A program made the position numbers and the translations under genes. Below are positions 23,520 to 28,691 of a DNA stretch of 28,691 nt, one piece after another (within the stretch, counting starts at the first letter, position 1; each line of letters opens with the position of its first letter). Source of the DNA: Ginkgo biloba (taxonomy: Eukaryota > Plantae > Ginkgophyta); assembly GCA_024626585.2 (NCBI GenBank), contig JANKJI020000002.1, positions 61,289,456 through 61,318,146 of the forward strand. The letters are read 5' to 3'. The notes under the pieces are model-generated. The model did not search any database, had not been told where the DNA came from, and saw only the letters and a list, made by a program, of their open reading frames with translations.

Positions 23520-25806
23520 GTTGCATGGGTTATTGGATTATACATAGAAATATTTCTATTTCCTACTCATGTTTCAGTTATTACTCATAGCTTGCATAGG
23601 CATGGACTCTTGCATGGACATGTTTATATTCTTATTCACAATATCCTCATAAAATGAGCCATGCATTATACTATGTAATATTATTATTATTACACACTTT
23701 TATAGTTGATATCATTATCAAAGTTATTTTTTCTTATCCAAATTTTATCTTGTCTCTTATAAGCTTATAGATTCCTATTATGAAAGTGTGATTTGATGCG
23801 ATTGAGAATCCACGGTGTTTAAATAAATATGCATATGTATGCAAGTCATTATTATATTCTATTGGTTTGTATCATTAGTCCATGTGTAGAATATACATGT
23901 GTTCAAGAGATTCCTTTATGATTTTTGGTTTGTAGGAAAAACTTTTAGCATAGGATAAACCCATATCATTGCCTTTACAAAAAATCAAAATGAAGTAAGA
24001 AAAATTCATCATGTCATATAGGAAAACACACCTTTTTTTTCTAAGTGCTTAAAAGTCAATTTTGTTTGAGAATCATTTACAAATAGGGACAATTAGGTTT
24101 GGCCTGAGTAGAGAAATTGATTATGAAAGTTAATTCAGTAATACAATGGTTCATACTTGAGTTTTATTTTGGATTTTATTTAGATTCTTAAGCATATGAA
24201 AGGTTACACCTTTTCATTCATTTGCCAAGACTATGCCACTTGGAACTAATATTACTAATATGTTCTTATGTTCAATGTGTATGGTAATGATGTGGATATT
24301 GTGAAATTTATTTTAATAAATGGTAGATATATTTATTCCATAAAAAATAATAGACAACTTCTTGTAAATGTTGAAATTGATCCCCAAGTATATAACCTAT
24401 TAATAGGTTATAAAGAATCTTATGTGCATCAAGCAACTTGTCTTCCTTAATGGGAGTGAGCCAGATTNNNNNNNNNNNNNNNNNNNNNNNNNNNNNNNNN
24501 NNNNNNNNNNNNNNNNNNNNNNNNNNNNNNNNNNNNNNNNNNNNNNNNNNNNNNNNNNNNNNNNNNNAATTTATCAAAGACTTCACAACTTAGGTCTTAC
24601 ATCTTAAGGAGTCAATACTTACTTCCCATGCCCAGAATGATGTAACTTGTTGCATATACTATTATAATAGACTCCCTGTAGGCTATAAATTTAGAATTAA
24701 AGAAAATATTGTGCGTACTCTATAAGATTCCATTACTACATGCTTGTAATATGAGGAACAATTACAACATAGCAGAAAAATCCCCAGGACCATGTCCATA
24801 GGAGTTATCCCTAGCGTGCCTATGTCAACTGCTCAAGCATCTACCTCTAAGGATCAATTGAATAAATTGGTTCAAATTCTCTTATAGACATTTAAATATA
24901 TACTAACCTATTCATTAATCATGCACCCCATTATTCTACATTCGAATCTATAGTTAATTACATTCCTAAGTTAGTATAAATCAAAAATTAAAAGCCTAGT
25001 CTAAAGTTAGTCTAAAGTTTAACAAAAAATTAAAAATTAAAAAAGAAAAAATTAAAAAATCAAAACAAAATAAAGTAAAAAAAATTGTTAAACATGAAAA
25101 TGACTTAGAAAATAAAGAGATGGCTTTCTGAGAAGAGGAAAGGATTTTTTTTGGGGAAGCGACTCATTCGAATCCTCAGGGGAGAATGGTTCAATCTACC
25201 ACTGCCATCCATCAATGGTTCAATCTACGAATCCATATAGATCAACCGTTATTTCTAGGATCTAGTATAGGCCATAGAGAAACCAACATTGAATTAGAGT
25301 AAGTCTCTCAAGTATGATTAATTAGAGATATGTTTGAAGGTAGAACAAAGTCTGGTTAGTTTTTTGGGTTCGTTTATAGTTATAAAATTCATGCATACAT
25401 AATGGCATGCCTGATGGGACCTCTCCTTTGTCCAATCACATTTTGGCCTTTTGTGTTCTGATGTTTACTCTCTGTATCATTCATTCATTTTGTTCAAATA
25501 TCTCCGTCTAACATTTCTGTGTCTAATGATTTAATGTCTCTAACTTTCTATGCGTGTAGATTAACGTTCCTATGTGAGTTTAGATTAACGTGTGGCAAGA
25601 TTTTTAGATTAACGTGTACATTNNNNNNNNNNNNNNNNNNNNNATGCTTAATTTGTATGTGAGAAAACTCCTTGAGAGAGAGAGAGCACATCTACAATGA
25701 GAGTTTTTGTTTGTAGGCACTGTAATGGCCAAGCATGGAGAATTGATTTAGTGGAGATAAATCTACAAGGCAGAATAACATCCGAATAATTTTCACAGAA
25801 AGAAGA

Positions 25807-25877
25807 AGTGTCCCATATGTCAAATTTTATGGTAGTATCATTCACAACTAATGTTTGAGAGAAAATACTACCCCTAT
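25807..25877 (-). pseudogene. Rab5/RabF-type small GTPase gene fragment
   Basis: Reads IGVVF[-1 nt]SQTLVVNDTTIKFDIWDT, compared with plant RabF2 [27 protein letters not shown]. It has a frameshift, homology ends before AGQE, and an N gap lies upstream. Confidence 0.8.
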
Positions 25878-27369
25878 CANNNNNNNNNNNNNNNNNNNNN
25901 NNNNNNNNNNNNNNNNNNNNNNNNNNNNNNNNNNNNNNNNNNNNNNNNNNNNNNNNNNNNNNNNNNNNNNNNNNNNNNNACAAGTCACAAAGATATACTT
26001 TATTTAACACATGCTAAATAAAGTGAGAGAGAGAGAATAATAGAAACTGGGAAGAGAAAACCCTTAGGTCAAAAACTCTCCAATGATCCCCTTGGTTCAT
26101 ATCCCCCAATAGGCTTAACTCCATTGAACCATGTGCTATCTCCTTCTTGGTTAAGATGGCACATTAGACCCTAGAAAACATTCAAAATTTGAGTTTCTTT
26201 GGATTGGACCCTATTTCATAAACTAGAACTATGGCAACAACTCTTATCTTCTTGCTCACCCTAACTATACTCTTTTCGATTATTCTACTAATGGTTAGTA
26301 CCTAAAAAAATATTATACCTAATGTCTCAAAGTAGCCGTTTATGTTTTTATTTTCATTTCTCTCTTCTAGGGTTTTTGTTGTCTTTTAGGGTTTCTATTT
26401 GTTATCGTTATTGTTTCTAGGTTTTTCCTAGTTTTGCTATGTTTGTAGTTTACATTTCTTATTCTGACATGCTTATGTTGTTGATTTTTTTAGGATTACC
26501 ATATTTTTACTATCGATTATAGGATTTTATGACTCTTTATGAAGGTTTATCGTGTTTCTAAGGTTTCCTTCATCATTAGGGTTCTTATTCTCTTTACCAT
26601 CATTTATCTATTTCTATTTTGTTGCTTCTTAGCTTGCTATGGCACATCTCCTGGCTTATGCAATTGTTTTGCACTTCTAGTTTTCTACATGCTCATTTTA
26701 CTTTTTGTTAGGGTTTTAACCAATTTTCTTGTTTTATGTTTTTTAATTCATTACTTCTCCTCTTTATTTCTTTCTTGTTATTATTTACTTTTTAGTCATT
26801 TTAGTTGTTTTCTTATTCTNNNNNNNNNNNNNNNNNNNNNNNNNNNNNNNNNNNNNNNNNNNNNNNNNNNNNNNNNNNNNNNNNNNNNNNNNNCTTCATG
26901 ACTATCAGACTTTGGTAGAGGCTGACTTCTAAGGTGGTATCACTCTTTATTCTTCTTTTTTGATCATTAACATTCCATATTCATTTCCTAATCCTATTTG
27001 CCACTAGAAATCTCACCTTATCATGCGCAGGTCTTATCGAAATGAATTAGCTCCTAACTAAGAGAACTTAGGGTCTCATGGGGTTTATCATGACTGACTT
27101 ATCTTGAGGTATTTAACATTATAGGTGATTATTTCGTTTAATTACATAGGATAGCACATATGAGATGACTCTTTGGGTTTTCTGACTCCATGGCCCAATG
27201 GATTAGGCACAGGTCTACCTTTATTTTAGGATGTTCGATTGACCATAGATAATATCTCCCCATGGATTCNNNNNNNNNNNNNNNNNNNNNNNNNNNNNNN
27301 NNNNNNNNNNNNNNNNNNNNNNNNNNNNNNNNNNNNNNNNNNNNNNNNNNNNNNNNNNNNNNNNNNNNN

Positions 27370-27841
27370 GTTCTTGTAATCTTATTTTTAAGAACCAACA
27401 AAAGCCTAAGTATGGATTCTCTATCTAGTGTCTAAATTTGCTAACACACATTTTATGGTAAATTTTGGCATGAATGTTTGAATCCCGTTACCACTACTAT
27501 AATTTTCTTTACATTTCTTGAGTTTGATTCTATGTCAGAAGCATCGATAATTTGAGATTATTTACAGAGGTTATCTTATGCATGTAATCTCTATTATACA
27601 TGGCAATGCACCCATATATATATATTTACTATTTATATGGTGTAATGTCCATATCCACTTCATCAATTGCTTATATATTCATTTTTATCAAATTAAATTC
27701 ATAATTATAATCTTACAAATATGTTTGATTATGCAACAATGGACATCTAGTCATGATAGTTAAGATATAAATAATTTACAAAATATTCATTTAACCATAA
27801 TAATTACTTCTCTACTTTCTCTGATTTCTTTCCTTATCCAC

Positions 27842-27887
<46 letters not shown>

Positions 27888-28255
27888 ATTGCCCAAATTN
27901 NNNNNNNNNNNNNTATTGCTTTAGTCCCTAAATTAGAGTTTATGGATGTCATTACATTATTATATTAATCTCTTCTTAGTGCTCCATTTATGGTTGTATA
28001 CTCAACCTTTGTATTTCTCTCCTTTCTTATGATTTAAAAAATAATAATTATACTTAGTAATGCCAAATATGATAACATGGAATTCACTTCTCTATTATAA
28101 AAAAATGGCCTTGGACTTCAAAATGAGAAGCATGAAACTTTTTTACAAAGGATTTGGTTCGCTCAATAGAAAGAAAAGATTAGGATGCCTAAGAGGCTAT
28201 GATCACCATAAATATAATGGATCTTTAGTTGGAGGCAACTTTAAAGACATTAATG
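27370..28255 (+). repeat. Dispersed repeat copy C
   Basis: Collinear with about 16530-17385 over roughly 0.9 kb, e.g. ataatttgagattatttaca and attatattaatctct.ctt.gtgctccatt.atgg. Confidence 0.85.
27842..27887. repeat. Compound microsatellite (CA)13(TA)10
   Basis: Read directly from the sequence. Confidence 0.95.
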
Positions 28256-28691
28256 GTCACATCATGATAAATGACACCTCCTTTTTCTTCCCACAAATTC
28301 TTTGATCTATAGAAATTCAATTTTTATAACAAGAACTAGGCTTTCTTTATGGATGCAAAGTGATTATTAAAGTAATAAGAAGTTCCTTCGTGAGTAATGA
28401 CAATATGGATGAGAGTGCTTAGTACTCGAAAAGTGATTTTATTAAGGGAAATAAACCTCATGTGAATTATGACTTTTATCATTTATCTTAACTTTATTAT
28501 TGCTTTGTTAATATTCCATGAGATATGCATAAGATCATGCATGTTTTTAATATAATGTATCTAAAGTATAAAGACATTAATAAATCGTCATTTCCTAAGC
28601 GACTACAAGTATAAATAGTTTGGATAACTACATAATAGGAAAATAATTATGGAAATTATGTGCCACTAGTATGTGTGTTTGTGTTATATAC

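Noticed and set aside
26539-26901. 120-aa hydrophobic ORF resembling a membrane protein
   Set aside because: An F/L/C/Y-rich translation of T-rich low-complexity DNA that runs into Ns.
26934-26942. TGGTATCAC PBS-like word
   Set aside because: No clear LTR-ending CA before it and no gag after it.

Overview
AT-rich, CpG-depleted eukaryotic DNA from a large-genome seed plant. The retroelement motifs look gymnosperm-like, which is an inference. The assembly is a gappy scaffold with many N runs, often about 100 nt. Most of the window is a nest of old, heavily decayed Ty3/Gypsy LTR retrotransposon pieces. These are a gag-PR-RT / RT-RH-INT / INT-C-terminus series on + (6394-8447, 10882-12607, 21706-22230) with a PPT and 3' LTR, a second Athila/Tat-type integrase (about 14690-15900), LTR fragments in both orientations, and a three-copy dispersed repeat. 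The only intact host-type ORF is an intronless, CpG-rich, divergent copy of nuclear cap-binding protein subunit 2 (CBP20/NCBP2; 13170-13769, minus strand) with a well-placed TATA box. It is most likely a retrogene that kept the cap-stacking tyrosines but remodelled its C-terminal cap-clamp motif. There is also a decayed Rab5/RabF fragment (25807-25877). I see no prokaryote-type systems, CRISPR arrays or RNA genes. The best candidate for something undescribed is the divergent CBP20 paralog, which appears to sit inside a split Gypsy integrase. All alignments were done by eye.
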